DNA of 63,769 bases, filler included, from Folioceros fuciformis (GCA_049999805.1; 6 parts of 6 records of this genome joined end to end with filler, not necessarily neighbours in it); one strand, 5' to 3'; counted from the whole stretch's first letter, positions 13,470 through 25,357 are shown. The notes: generated by a model not told the origin, from the letters alone. Program-made: numbers and translations.

Positions 13470-15514
13470 TCACCACCAGAACCCACACGTTATCAAAGCT
13501 AGAAATGCCAGCATTGTCAACGTCGCTCTCTCGATACCACTTGCACCACCTGTAACACAAATTCATGAGAAACTTCAACTGACAAAAAAAACGTTCAAAA
13601 GGCAGAAGTACAGAGATTGTAATTGATCCTTCAGATGAGATGAGTTGCGTGGCTTCACTGGAGATGTAGTCCAGATCGGAGGCCTGGAGAATATTAGCAT
13701 TTAGCTGTTGAATGCTGCTCGACACGTTTGCAGATAAACCCAGGTACTCCTTTGTGAGCTGGTCCACGACGGCTATTCCCTCAGCGCTGCAAACAAAATC
13801 TCTACTATTAGTTTCAATAGAGTTACTATGAGATTCTCGCAGAGAGTGTGGACCTAAGCATCCTTTTGGAACTTAGAATACCTCGCAGATAAAAGAATAT
13901 CGTTGGAGTTGTTCCCGCTGAAAAGTGCTACAATCCAATTTCTGGCATTGAACGACAAGGTGTGCACAATAGAAATCTTTTTCGCTACCGAGATGGAGTT
14001 AGGCACCATGATTGTGTTTGCTGCCACTGAGCCTAACCTGGAGAAGAGAGGTTGTAAGTCAAGGACGAATTGGCTTCGCAAAGTTCGTATCTGTAAGGAC
14101 CACGGCCACAACATTGGAGCCCTATTTTCCTGATGGAAGACAAGCCTTACGTGCAAGTTGAACGATCATCATTGATTGGTCTACACCCGCCCGTTGGACA
14201 TAAATACCTGAAATGCAAATTTGTGAGCGGCCACTACTATTCTCCCTACCCACGGATCACAGCCTAAAGACAGCTCTCGACCTAGGAACTACGAAACGAG
14301 CAACAGACATGAGCAGTCTTCGTGTCTGGAAACCTCAAGTGACGGCAGTGCAGTAAGATAGCTTACATGAAGTCCGATAAAGGCTTAACGGACCACTGTT
14401 GAGCAAGAAAGCCGTCTTTTGCGAACAGTTGTGCAGTGCCCGACCTCAAGAAAGCAATGTCTCCTTTCCCTTCCACCAGACATCGGAAAGCACCCTTGTA
14501 TCCGGCATATTCGCTACTCGAATCACACGTCACACCAGCAGCACCACTGCTGTTGCAGGCAGAGCAAATTCCTCGACCATTGTCAGAAGGTGCACAACTC
14601 TGAGAAAAAAAATTCGTAATGACCTTCTGATCGTTGAGCGGAAAGTTCGCAGGTATATTTCCCATCCGCGCGCTGAGCAGGAAGTTCACCGCATAGTTCC
14701 AACTGGCCGCAGACTGATAGCTAGCATGGCAGGACTTCAAGCCACGGAAATCTTTGATGCTCAGTGTGGGCTTCTTATCACACATTTGACTGTTAACGAC
14801 CATGAGAGCATCATACGACTGCTGGTGGTAGCAATATTCCTCGGCCATAAGGGACTTCATGGAATAGTTCATGAGTGCAATGTAAGCCAAGCCTGCATCC
14901 AACGAAACCAGATCTGCTTCTCCGCTACGTATGGCATCCAAACAAGCTATCTTGCTGTCTCTTCGAACACTGAGAAGACGCAGCGGCGCCTGTCAGAGCG
15001 GCCATTATCTACTGCAGCAATCCGCGCAAACACGGGGTGAGTGTGGCGAGGATCGTACCAGCTCCATTTCGACCGGTCCTCAGGAGATAAGAGGGACACA
15101 AGGTTGGTGCAGATCGCTGCTTCTTCAGGAAGTGCACACCAGGTGATAGTCTGCGGCTCCCCATCATCATCTGACGGTGCCCCCGAGGGAGGCTCCTGCG
15201 GCGGAAACCCTTCTGGATCTCCAGCTTCAGGTTCTGGAGACGGCGTCAACGCAGGAGGAGCAGGAGGGGAACCCGGATCGGGAAGCGGAGAAGGCGACGG
15301 ACTTGGTTCGAACTGGGCTACCACCGCATCTGCATGAAAGAAGCAAAAATTGGCGCATTGATCAAGCTATGACATCGCAGCCTGATCCCAAAGTTGAGCG
15401 AGCTCGGAAATGTGAATGCAAGAGCTCAAACTATACTGCCTGCTTACCTCGACGTATCAGATTAACAAACACAAGAGACAGCAACAGGACGGCATGCCCC
15501 GTCCTCGTCGCCAT
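13470..15514 (-). CDS. Transferrin-like protein: single lobe, signal peptide, Pro-rich linker, probable GPI signal (453 aa in my model)
   Basis: Exons 15514-15448, 15329-15059, 14969-14367, 14207-14151, 14037-13882, 13786-13659 and 13549-13470 total 1362 nt in frame, all introns GT-AG. Transferrin motifs in order: ITWCA, WSCVRRDSKIACLDAIRSGEADLVSLDAG, SYDALMVV, RGLKSCH, FFSQSCAP, EYAGYKGAFRCLVEGKGDIAF, YLCPTG, CTLGSVAANTIMV. The last splice junction is the least certain. Confidence 0.88.
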
Positions 15515-16142
15515 AACTCGACGGAGCTCGCACCTTCGAGCCTAGAAGGCGAGTCCGCACAGGAAGGGGCCCCGATGCCCCAACTTCGAACGCCCCGCGA
15601 CCAACGTTTTCCTCAGGGCCCAAAAGTTCGTGAACTTCCTCGAAAATCTTAGGAAAAAAAAAAACACTTTAGTTACAGAGCCACGGCTTGGGATAGGCGC
15701 CGCGCTGGTCCCACAAATGTCAATGTATTCATGTCTCGATCGTCTAATGGACCCTGCTGTCTAAGCTCCCACCGAGCGGGCTTTCTGTCACATCTAGTAA
15801 GCACTTCGCAGTTCTGGAGTAGTTCCTCACCTCCCGGCGATCTTCCACACCACGGAATGCAAGGCCTCTGCATTCTGCAAAGACACGTTATTTCTTGGAG
15901 AGAAGTTTGAATCTTCTCAGATGATGAATGGGCGGCACCTGCTGAGCTAGGCACCAACGGAAGAAGCTTGGCGTAGCTGGACGGCCGTTTCCTGGAATGT
16001 GAAATCGGAGTCACAGCTTACGATCTTGTTTTCATCACGTTTGCTGTGATCGTGGACCCCGCAGGTATGGGACACCGGGTTTCGTTGCCTCAGCTGCAAA
16101 GCTTCTGATGCAAGCTTCCCTAACTTGTGTCTCCACTACCAC

Positions 16143-19053
16143 TTAATCGGTTGCTACTTTCTTCGCCTGCACAAACAACGGAATGACTGACCACTTAGCA
16201 AAAAACAGTGTTCCACCCCAAGGACCCAACGGTTTCCTTGTACGTGCAGGGATCCCAGGAATATGCTCAAACAAAACCTTGGCTAGGTATTGCTTGTGCA
16301 GCTTCAATCCTTTCTTGCAAGTTGCCTTCGCATCCACGTGTCCCGTCGCATCATTTAGGAGCTACACAGAAGAAAAAGATGTGGATCGGCATAAATGACT
16401 GAGCATACGGCTTGTTGAGCTGCACAGTTCCCTTTGCTTTGTTATGCAGTCAGCAGGCGCTGCCAGTTTCTTGACAGTTGATAGGCACAAATTGTGGGCA
16501 AAATGTTTTCCAAAACGATACAAGGAGTGGAGTATCACCAGCGGCGGAAAAAACTCACCTTCAAAACGCCATCGATGCCTTCCGTCTCCTTTAGTTGTCT
16601 TCGCTTTGTTTCGAAGATTGCTGCTGCACAAAAGATTGCCAATGGCATGTCGCCTTCCAGTTTGGGGGCATACTTTGCAATCTGTTTCTCAAACTTCCCT
16701 GCTACAACAGCTGATCTGCTATGCGTCCTGCTTCCAAAGCTCTCCAGGCCAACGTTCTCTGCAAAGCTCTCTTCGCCGTACAATGCCATGAGCTCCGAGT
16801 TATATTCCATTGCCCAAATCATCTGAAGCAGGCGAGGAGACACTGAGATAAGGGCACCAGTTGGTGACAGACCCACGAGGAAAGATGCGACTTGTTGCAA
16901 GATACACATGGCTTAGCGGATTAAGCAAGCAAAACGGTGGGTCTGAGTTTTTGAGAATGACCTCCCACAAATAAATGGCATCTGCAAATGACAACTCTCG
17001 TCGAAAGAGAACCATGACCATCCTCAATGCAAACAAGTAGTCGCCACCACCGATTGCATCTGCACGCGTCCAACGCCATCAGCATTTTCCATGGCCCCCC
17101 ACCATTTCAAACATCGTGCTCCCACAAAAGTGTCAGGTCCAGTGCTCACCGAGGTGTCCATGCAGCTTGGGATCTGTCAGCCCAATGATGGCTCCAAGTT
17201 TCGCCAGCTGCTTTTGCACACCAACTGATGAACTCGTTGCCTTGAAATTGTCCCTCTGCAGGAGATGCAATCGTAAAAAGAGCACGATACATTTTGGAAG
17301 TGGACGTCATGGCTGCACTTATTTCATGAATGATAAACTTGGCAATAACACACACCACTCTTCGCATCAAGCGTTCGAAGCACCAAAATGCATCAGCCTC
17401 GTTGGCCAAAAGCATTGCCATAGGTGAACAAAAATCGCTCATTCCTGGAACGCAACACAAGATGATGCCAAAAACAACACTGGGTGTTACTAGACTGTCA
17501 CATACAATAACCTTTTCTCCTCCTAAAGCATGTTGAGGCGCACCTCATAAGAGCAAATTCCCTTGCAACAAACAATATTTACCTTGACAGTAGCCAATCT
17601 CTGGATCCAACCAGGCATAAACAGCCAAAATGTCACTCAGCTTTGCCTGATTCTTGAGATCCTCGTAGAACTCCAGCATGCGATCTGTCCGTACTACGTC
17701 CAGCCCTGCACGGATCTCAACAGTCATTCTCCAAGCTAGATTGGTTCGCACCATGACAGCTGGAATGTTAACAGCTTCAGAGTAAAGGAGTAGCAAAATA
17801 GACCATTCCACTGCAACCATCTCTTACCTATCTGGTGAAGGAGAGTTTTCCACTGGCTCACTTTCTCCAGGAGGTCAACGTCATTGGCTGGGGAGCCCAA
17901 GGACTCTGTTCCGAGGAAGAAAAAGGTTGAGCTGAGGAACCCATTTGAAAACTCAAAGCAGGCCAGGATGAACGGCAGTGAAGCCACGCCGTAATGCACT
18001 CAGGATTTATTCCTCCTGAATTTGCTCGTCTCACCTTCTTCAGAGGGAGGCGCGGACAAATCGACCCCTCCCTCAGTCCGTGGCACAGTGACAACTACAC
18101 CACTGCCTACAGCGGAATCCAAAGCCTGGCACTCCGCTTTCAACTTGGCATATTGTGCTCTGCATCGCAAATGTGATGCACACGCCTTCAGAGACACACC
18201 AGCTCACGTTGAGGACTGCAGCAGACCTCACAGCAGAGCAAACCTTCACACAAACTAGAAAGGTCACTACTTCCAGACAGATGTTGTCAACTAAATGCAG
18301 AACCTCAATTCTTGAAAAATGACTAGTTCTAGGTGACAGGGAAGACAGGGGCCGACAGAAATTCCCTCTACCCCGAACGGCCTGCCCTCTACCCCAAGAC
18401 TGAAAAACTTTCCAACCTGCGAGACAATCGAAGAATGGCACGCTCTTCCCCCGTACTCGAAGGAGAAAAGCATCCTAGCAGGAACTCCCACACCTCTCCT
18501 CTGATATCTGGATGCACGCCCTGGACAGATCCCAAAAGCAAATCTAAGTTCCCTCATCGGCGCGCACTGCAGCAGCGGCGGCATGAGCAAGTGCCGAATC
18601 CAAGAACCCACCCCTCGCTGCACCCGCTTCAGAACCTTCCTCATGTCCAATTGCCCCTCCCCGTTAAACGCTGCACGCCAGTACCTGGGACTGAGCGTCT
18701 TCCCAGGCTGCCAAGAACCCACCACCACCAACAAACCGCCCACCAGTGTCAGTCCAACAAGGACGCCAAAATGTACCATTCCCGACCACTACACAGACAC
18801 CCACGAACGCAATGCTGCCCCGACTGCGCCATCCACCGCAGCTCCCCAGCCACCCCGATTGGGGTGCACACAGACAGCATCAGATCTCGCAATTTGGCCC
18901 ACCCAACACCCAGGTCGGACAGAAAGAGGCACCCACCTTGAGCCTAAACCGACTGCGAGTGGTGTCCACAGCGTCGGTGCGGAGCGGGTAGAAGTGATCC
19001 GGATCGTCCGCCAATTCCCGACGGAACACGGTCTTGAAATTCCCGAGAGGCAT
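16143..19053 (-). CDS. Rab-GTPase activating protein (TBC domain; Gyp7/TBC1D15-like)
   Basis: Starts MPLGNFK...HFYPLR, then PGKTLSPRYWRAAF, GGVHP..RGEVWEFLLGC, IGLDVVRTDR (Arg finger), IGYCQGMSD (Gln finger) and FRRELSFADAIYLWE, ending AKKVATD*. Confidence 0.92.
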
Positions 19054-20371
19054 GGCGAATCGGAGGCGGAGGCTGAGAGTGCAAGGAGGAGGACGAGAAC
19101 GGAGCGCGAGGGATAGCGGGAGCGGGCTGTCGGAGCTGGTGCATGATGCCTTCGCCGAGGATGCCTGTTTTTGGTGCCTCAGGTCCGCCTCCGTCCCGGG
19201 GGCGTCGTTCAGCTCGGAGGAAGGTGGTCCCCGTTGACGCCACACCAAGCCCAGGCCCGGACCCAGACCCAGGCCCAGGCCCACAGTCTTCCACTTACCA
19301 CCACACTCCGTTTTTGGTGCTTCCACTGACATCGCTGAGCTAATAAACGTGCCTACAATCCAGATTTGACAAATTCCCACCTTCCCATTTTACTGGTCTA
19401 CAGCAGGCTTGGCCACCTGCTCTGCGTCCTGACTCCTCGCTCCTGTCCCAAGTCCCGGAACCCCGTCCCTGCTCCCCTACCACCTCATGTAACTCAACTT
19501 CGTTACCTTGATCTTAGCTATTAAACCTCGTCGACACAGCATGGAGGATATGCTCGGACGCTTTGCCCATACGGTCGAACTGTCCCATGCCCTCTTCCTC
19601 TCCATCTGTTGCCCGTCTTCCCCCCCACACTTTTGTCTCTTCACGTCCGGCGTCGCTTTCCTACCGCCATCCCGGGTTTCTTTTTTCGACACGGCTAGAC
19701 CACACCAGGCCTACCTAGCATCTTATGACTCGATATTCATATGCATAATACTCTTGAAATCCCCTACGTAAAATCTCGGTCATGGCTTGAACGAGACTCG
19801 AAGCTATGGCGATCTATCACGGATAGTTCACGTGCCTGGGTGACCGCAAAATCGCTGGACCTCATTGACGATCTCCCAGTAATGTTTGCGGCTCAAGTCA
19901 CCTCGGTCCAGCCCATATACTCGCAGGCATAAGCATCCACCCAAAGCCATTACCTTAATTTCTGTCCAACTTGCGAAGATGCCAGGGCTGTGCCGGATGC
20001 AGCTCGTGCAAGAGCTTTAAGTACTTTATGATCCTCCTTCACCCGGTGCAGTTGTAGCCCAACCTTTGCAATATTCCCCTCGTCACGTTAAATCTTACTT
20101 GGACACTTCGGATCGTCCTAACGCAAGCGCAGTTTTGTGCATGGCTTAATCTCGGTATGACTGTCTACTTCCCTAAAAATTTGGCTGAGGAGGAAGGTTA
20201 TGGCAGCCGTGAAAGAAACTCGAGATCTATCATATAGTTGAAGAAGGAACACTCTCGCGTCAGTCATAGTTCCCGGCGTGAGAGCAAAAAGATCCGATTG
20301 CGGAGGGGTTGGATCTGTGACGTGCGCAGCTGAAATCCTTCCATCCGTTTGTCTGTCCACGGGCTTCTTGA

Positions 20372-22964
20372 ATGAAAGCTTTCCTCACACCTGAGCCCAA
20401 TGTTGCGATTTGCCGCAACGAGCGTTGGCCTGGCCACCGGATTGCTTCTGGGAGCGGGAAGTTCCCTCGTCTCAGACTACAGGCATGGTGTGTACCATGA
20501 TTTTTCTGGTGCTCATCTCTGATGTCAAATTGCTGCACACAGTGATCAGTACGATATGGCTTCAGGAGATGCGCCTTCGGAGAAATTTAAAGATTGGAAG
20601 GTTTCGGATATTGAGCTGGAGGATGCACTCGATCAACAGCAAGAAGGTGAAGTTTTCAAGCTCGCGCAAGTTTTCGCTGGGGGTTTCCCCTTGCAAACTA
20701 AGACCCGGCAAGGTACGTGCGACGCTCATTTCCCCTGTATCGAAAGATGGTCTCTCTAGAAGGAGCAGAAGCCAAGGAGTCTCGGCGGGTCTTAATCTGA
20801 GGTCTTTACAGCGTATTTGCAGAGAAGCCAACGGAGAACATCGGTTCTCCTCGGCGACGAGGCAGTGAACTTTGTGTCACACCACTGGGGTCTAGACCAA
20901 CTTCCTTTAGTTCAGGCGACATTTGCACAAGCCTCAGAGGAATCCAAGTGTGCAACTTGTTTAACCAGAGATACCATTCCTGACGCTGCTGCCCGGGCTG
21001 CACCTGCTGTTGTGCACCTTGAAGTGGTCATTGGTAAGAGGAGGCGGGAATACTGTCAATCAGTACTCTGGCAATGAGAATGTAAAATTCAGGCTTTTTT
21101 TGTTCTGCTGCTGTGGTTTGCTTCTACAAAACCGGATTGTTTGCAGGAAGTTCGGGTTATGTCATGAAAATGAACGGATCTGGTAGCATCATAAGTCCAG
21201 ACGGCGCTATTCTCACGAATTATCACGTCATTGCTCCTCTGCTGACGACTAAACGCCAATCCAAGGTATGAGTTTGAGGTTTGAGCATTCTGTGAATTGT
21301 AAGTCAGACTGTTCGACATCTGGTGTGATGATCGACCAATAAAGTAGCTGATTGCTGATGTGTAGTTCGTTTTCCCGAATGGCCCCATCAACGACATGGC
21401 TTACGGAAATGAATCTGTCGGTGAGCGGCACGTAGCAATGTTGTGAATGACTTGTCTGTCACACTTTGGCCTTAGGTTATACATTTGCTAACATGGTGCC
21501 GATTTGTCATGGTGATGAGCACAGGTCGTTTGCCGTTGGAAACCATTGTTGTCCTTGTTGTTGCCTAGTTGTGAGGAAGTGATGACAGTTCTTTGTGTGT
21601 TCTCATGAATTCAGGAAAATTGTTTGTGACTTTGCAAGATGGACGGAGACTTGAAGGAGTGGTTGTAAACTACGATGTATCATCAGATGTTGCAGTTGTT
21701 AAGGTCAGCTCCAGCACTCCTTTGCCTACTATTGCGTTCGGCTCATCTGGGGCCCTCAGGCCTGGTGATATGGTCATTGCGCTAGGGAGTCCTAATTCTT
21801 TCCAGAATTCAGTAACAGCGGGCATCATCGGGTATGTATTCGTAAGTGTGGAAGTTCACTTTGTCACTAGGAAGCAACTGCAACCCACTGATGGTTAGGA
21901 AAGCTGTCTAGAGAAGCACGTCATGTAATTAGCTGGTTGTCTACGTCTTGAAGGTCTTACTTGCTTTCTATGGCTGTGGTGCCCAGTAATGTGGCCCGGA
22001 CAAGCTCAGAACTCGGTCTTGTGGGTAGACCTTACACAGATTTTATCCAGATAAATGTGAAAATCACTCAGGTAAAGTCTGGTCTTCGGTTAGAGCTGCA
22101 GGGTATCAATGCATCTCCCAACATGAACTACTGAAAGGTTTTTTTTTTTGTTTCTGTAAGGGTAGCTCTGGAGGACCTTTAGTTAATCTTGATGGGGAGA
22201 TGATAGGCATGAACACTTTCAAGGAGGCTGGAACCGATTTTGGTTTTGCAATTCCAGTTGACGCAGTATTTAAAGTTCTGCAGCAATTGAAGACTCATGG
22301 GTTTGCCTGCCTTCTTTTCCACTTTGTTGGTTGAAGCTGCAGTTTTATGGTTTTTGAGGAAGACCGACTCGCACTATTCTTTTGATTTCAAGTTGCGGTC
22401 TCTGAATTTTGCATTTTGTTCGCAGGCGTGTTATACGGCCTTGGCTTGGAGTGTCTACGTTGGATATTACGGCCTCCAACATACACTATTACAAACTCAC
22501 ATTTCCCCATGTAGTAGAAGGTGTTTTGGTGACAGAGGTAACAGCAGATCTTGGAATGTGTGAAATCAAATGATATGGCTTAGATCTGAAAGCTACTAGT
22601 GACATTTTGCCTTGCAGGTTAAGCAGGGCTCTCCGGGACACAGAGCTGGTATAATGCCAGGCGATGTAATAGTCAGGCTCGACGGACAACCCATCAGCTC
22701 ACATGCTGCGGTTTAATTTCTTTTCCTGGTTCCCAATTTTTTATTTCGCAATCGACATGCCCATGTAGGTGAACGTAACCGGCGGACTCGTTGTTTTGTG
22801 ATTTCGTATAGATCGGCGAAGTCCTAAGTGACAAAATTGGGGTGGCTTTGTCGATGGTGGTTTTGCGGCCAGACAAGACTGTGGTGACAAAGGAGGTGAT
22901 CCCGGTGGAGAACCCATACGTGCCTAGTCTATTTCAAGGATCGTTTCCATTAAGCGGGGCATGA
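20372..22964 (+). CDS. Deg/HtrA serine protease with PDZ domain (DEG14-like)
   Basis: RDTIPDAAARAAPAVV, GSGSIISPDGAILTNYHV (His), SDVAVVKV (Asp), ALGSPNSFQNSVTAGII and QGSSGGPLVNLDGEMIG (Ser), then PDZ RPWLGV...GSPGHRAGIMPGDVIV. Stop TGA 22962-22964. The N-terminal exon is less certain. Confidence 0.88.
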
Positions 22965-23000
22965 TCCCTCCAGTCGACACAGTAGACGTAGGGCAATTCA

Positions 23001-23857
23001 TTATTTCCCTTTGCGCAGAGCTTCAAAGAAAGCATCCTTCTCCGCTTGTGACATTCCTGTAAGCGCACAATCTCCTACCCCCCATTCTGCCCCACGGGCA
23101 CAGTACTTGTCCCGTATCTCCTTTCTATGCCTGCGCAAGAGAACTCGTAAGCTTATCTGCAAGGGACAGTCGTAGAATGCGACCCAAACTTGGAAATGAT
23201 ACGAACAATTCTGCGTTCTCCTTTGATTTCCTCAGAAGTTCTTGAACCAGTGGGGAGGACTTGAATTGTGCATCCCTCTCCTCATACCTCTTCTTGTTGG
23301 AATCTGCGGATGAGAGCTGATTATCAGGAATGGCATGTCGACTAGCCCTCATTAAGGTGATGTAGCTGAACAAGAAAATGCACCTTGAATTTGCTTCACA
23401 ATCTCTGGGGCCGAAGGTAATGAGGGCAAATCAAAGGAGCCGACCCCGGGGATTCCAGAGAGCATACCAGCTTCAGCTGCAATTCAGTACAAGAGCGTTA
23501 CTCTAGAGCAAGAAGGCATGTCATCAAAACGCTTCCATCAGACCTCAAAAGCTCGTGAAAGAGGACACCCTGTGGATGCAGATTGGGAGGAACTGTCACC
23601 TGTCATACACACGGGGCTGCACAGTGGGTACCTGAATCTAAGCAGGAGGTGAAGACGGTGCAGGCGGCAAGAGGCAGCAGCAAAGCAAAGCTCGCCTTCC
23701 GCCGAATGTGGGATCGCCAGTCCTCTACGCTGGTCCGCACCCGCACCGCAGATGGCAGCTCCGGAGCAGGCCCATGGGCAGCGGCTTGCTCTCCACATCG
23801 GATGCTCCTCGGGGCCACCGGACCCCAGGACGTGCAGCAGGTTAGTGCAGCCGCCAT
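23001..23857 (-). CDS. Small conserved plastid-type protein of unknown function (KYCxRGAEWGVGDC motif)
   Basis: Four exons. Transit-like N-terminus with RRK and a hydrophobic AxA-type signal, then SNKKRYEERDAQFKSSPLVQELLRKSKENAELHRKEIRDKYCARGAEWGVGDCALTGMSQAEKDAFFEALRKGK*. Confidence 0.75.
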
Positions 23858-24304
23858 CTTGAGTCAAGTTGGATGTGTTCCTGCCCGCGAAGTCTCCCTC
23901 TGTCACCATAATCCCTGCCTTTTAACAGGTCCGAGTATTGGCTCCCTAATGCGGTCGCAAGAAACTGGTTCCGGCGCCGCATGAAAGCAACGTCCGAGTC
24001 CCAACGAGTCCCACGTCCGGACAATGAGCACACCAGCAGCTCACTATTTTTCCTTGCGACGCTCCGTGATGCACAGGAAGGCAGCAGCAAGCGATGCGGG
24101 GCTGGTCGCATCAAGCGTGGAGGATTCTGGTGGGTGGTAATCGCATATCAGCTCGCTTTCGTGCGCGCTAGCTTTTCCTTCGCCTTGCTGGTGGACATCA
24201 GCTTGGCATTTGGAGCCTGCTGGCACTGCAGGGAAGGAGAACGTTCTGGTTCAGGGACGGGAACTGGATTGAATGCGTTCGCCTCAGATACCGATCCAGC
24301 ACAT

Positions 24305-25357
24305 ATGAGGACGGGCAGTATCTGCAGCAGCAGACTGGATTGCCGATGTCAGCCCCGAAGGTTTCTGCTGCGGGCTCTGTTGTGTGCGCTGGCCCTTGCT
24401 GCGATGCCTCTGCTTGTGGTGCTCTACGAGGGCTGTTGTGTAGCGGGTGAGGCAGCAATGGCGTGTACCCTCTGGAGCTTCAAAGCAGCAGGTGGTGAAC
24501 ACGCATCAGGAAGGCCGCATGAGCAGCTCTTTTCCGAGAAAGTGCTCGAACGGCAACAGGGAAGAACGTGGCCGAGCAAGTGCTGGAGAAGTAGAGTGGA
24601 AGATGCCTTTCATCATTGTCCGGTGAGCGATGAGAAGGCTTCTGCCATGCGGAATGCCGAGCCCTTAATTGTGGAAGAGCCTCTGAAGCCATGGATCACC
24701 CTTAAGAAGAACATCCAGAATGTTGTCTACCTCCCCACACTTCAGGATCTCACTCGCTACACCAGGCATGTGTATGTCGACATAGGGGCCAGGAATTATG
24801 GGTCTAGCATAGGCAGCTGGTTCAAGAAGGTGTACCCGAAGCAAGGTCAGGCGTTCCAGATCTTCGCCATAGAGGCAGACAGGAAGTTCCGGAGAGGGTA
24901 TGCTGGCCATTCTGATGTGCACTTCCTTCCGTATGCAGCATGGACTAGAAACGAGACTCTGTTCTTTGGGACCGAAAAGGATGAACGCGGGGGTATGGGC
25001 CGGATTCAAAGCAATATCCGGGAGGTGGGAAAGCGGACTATCTCAAGCTCTCAAGGGGAAAACTACATTAGAGTGAAAGGACTGGACATAGCAGACTGGT
25101 TGCACCAGAGCGTGTCAAGAGATGACTTTTTGGTAGTGAAGATGGACGTGGAGGGTGCAGAGTTCGACCTCCTCCCCAAGCTGTTTGACACAGGGACCAT
25201 CTGCCTCATCGACGAGCTCTTCCTGGAATGCCACTACAATCGCTGGCAAAGGTGCTGTCCTGAGCGGACCACCAAGTTCAACAAGACTTACCAAGATTGC
25301 TTAGCTCTGTTCCAAGCTTTGCGCCGCAATGGTGTCCTTGTCCACCAATGGTGGTAG
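24305..25357 (+). CDS. Membrane-anchored SAM-dependent methyltransferase (FkbM-like C-terminal domain, At5g01710-type)
   Basis: Intronless. N-terminal TM helix, AEPLIVEEPLKPWITLK, VYVDIGARNYGSSIGSWF, VVKMDVEGAEFDLLP, LIDELFLECHYNRWQRCCP and terminal GVLVHQWW*. The ORF is open from 23981; ATG 24305 is preferred. Confidence 0.88.
   Translation: MRTGSICSSRLDCRCQPRRFLLRALLCALALAAMPLLVVLYEGCCVAGEAAMACTLWSFKAAGGEHASGRPHEQLFSEKVLERQQGRTWPSKCWRSRVEDAFHHCPVSDEKASAMRNAEPLIVEEPLKPWITLKKNIQNVVYLPTLQDLTRYTRHVYVDIGARNYGSSIGSWFKKVYPKQGQAFQIFAIEADRKFRRGYAGHSDVHFLPYAAWTRNETLFFGTEKDERGGMGRIQSNIREVGKRTISSSQGENYIRVKGLDIADWLHQSVSRDDFLVVKMDVEGAEFDLLPKLFDTGTICLIDELFLECHYNRWQRCCPERTTKFNKTYQDCLALFQALRRNGVLVHQWW

Noticed and set aside
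15673-16014. 113-aa minus-strand ORF as the last exon of the TBC gene
   Set aside because: The TBC gene ends at 16143 (AKKVATD*), and this ORF has no recognisable motif.
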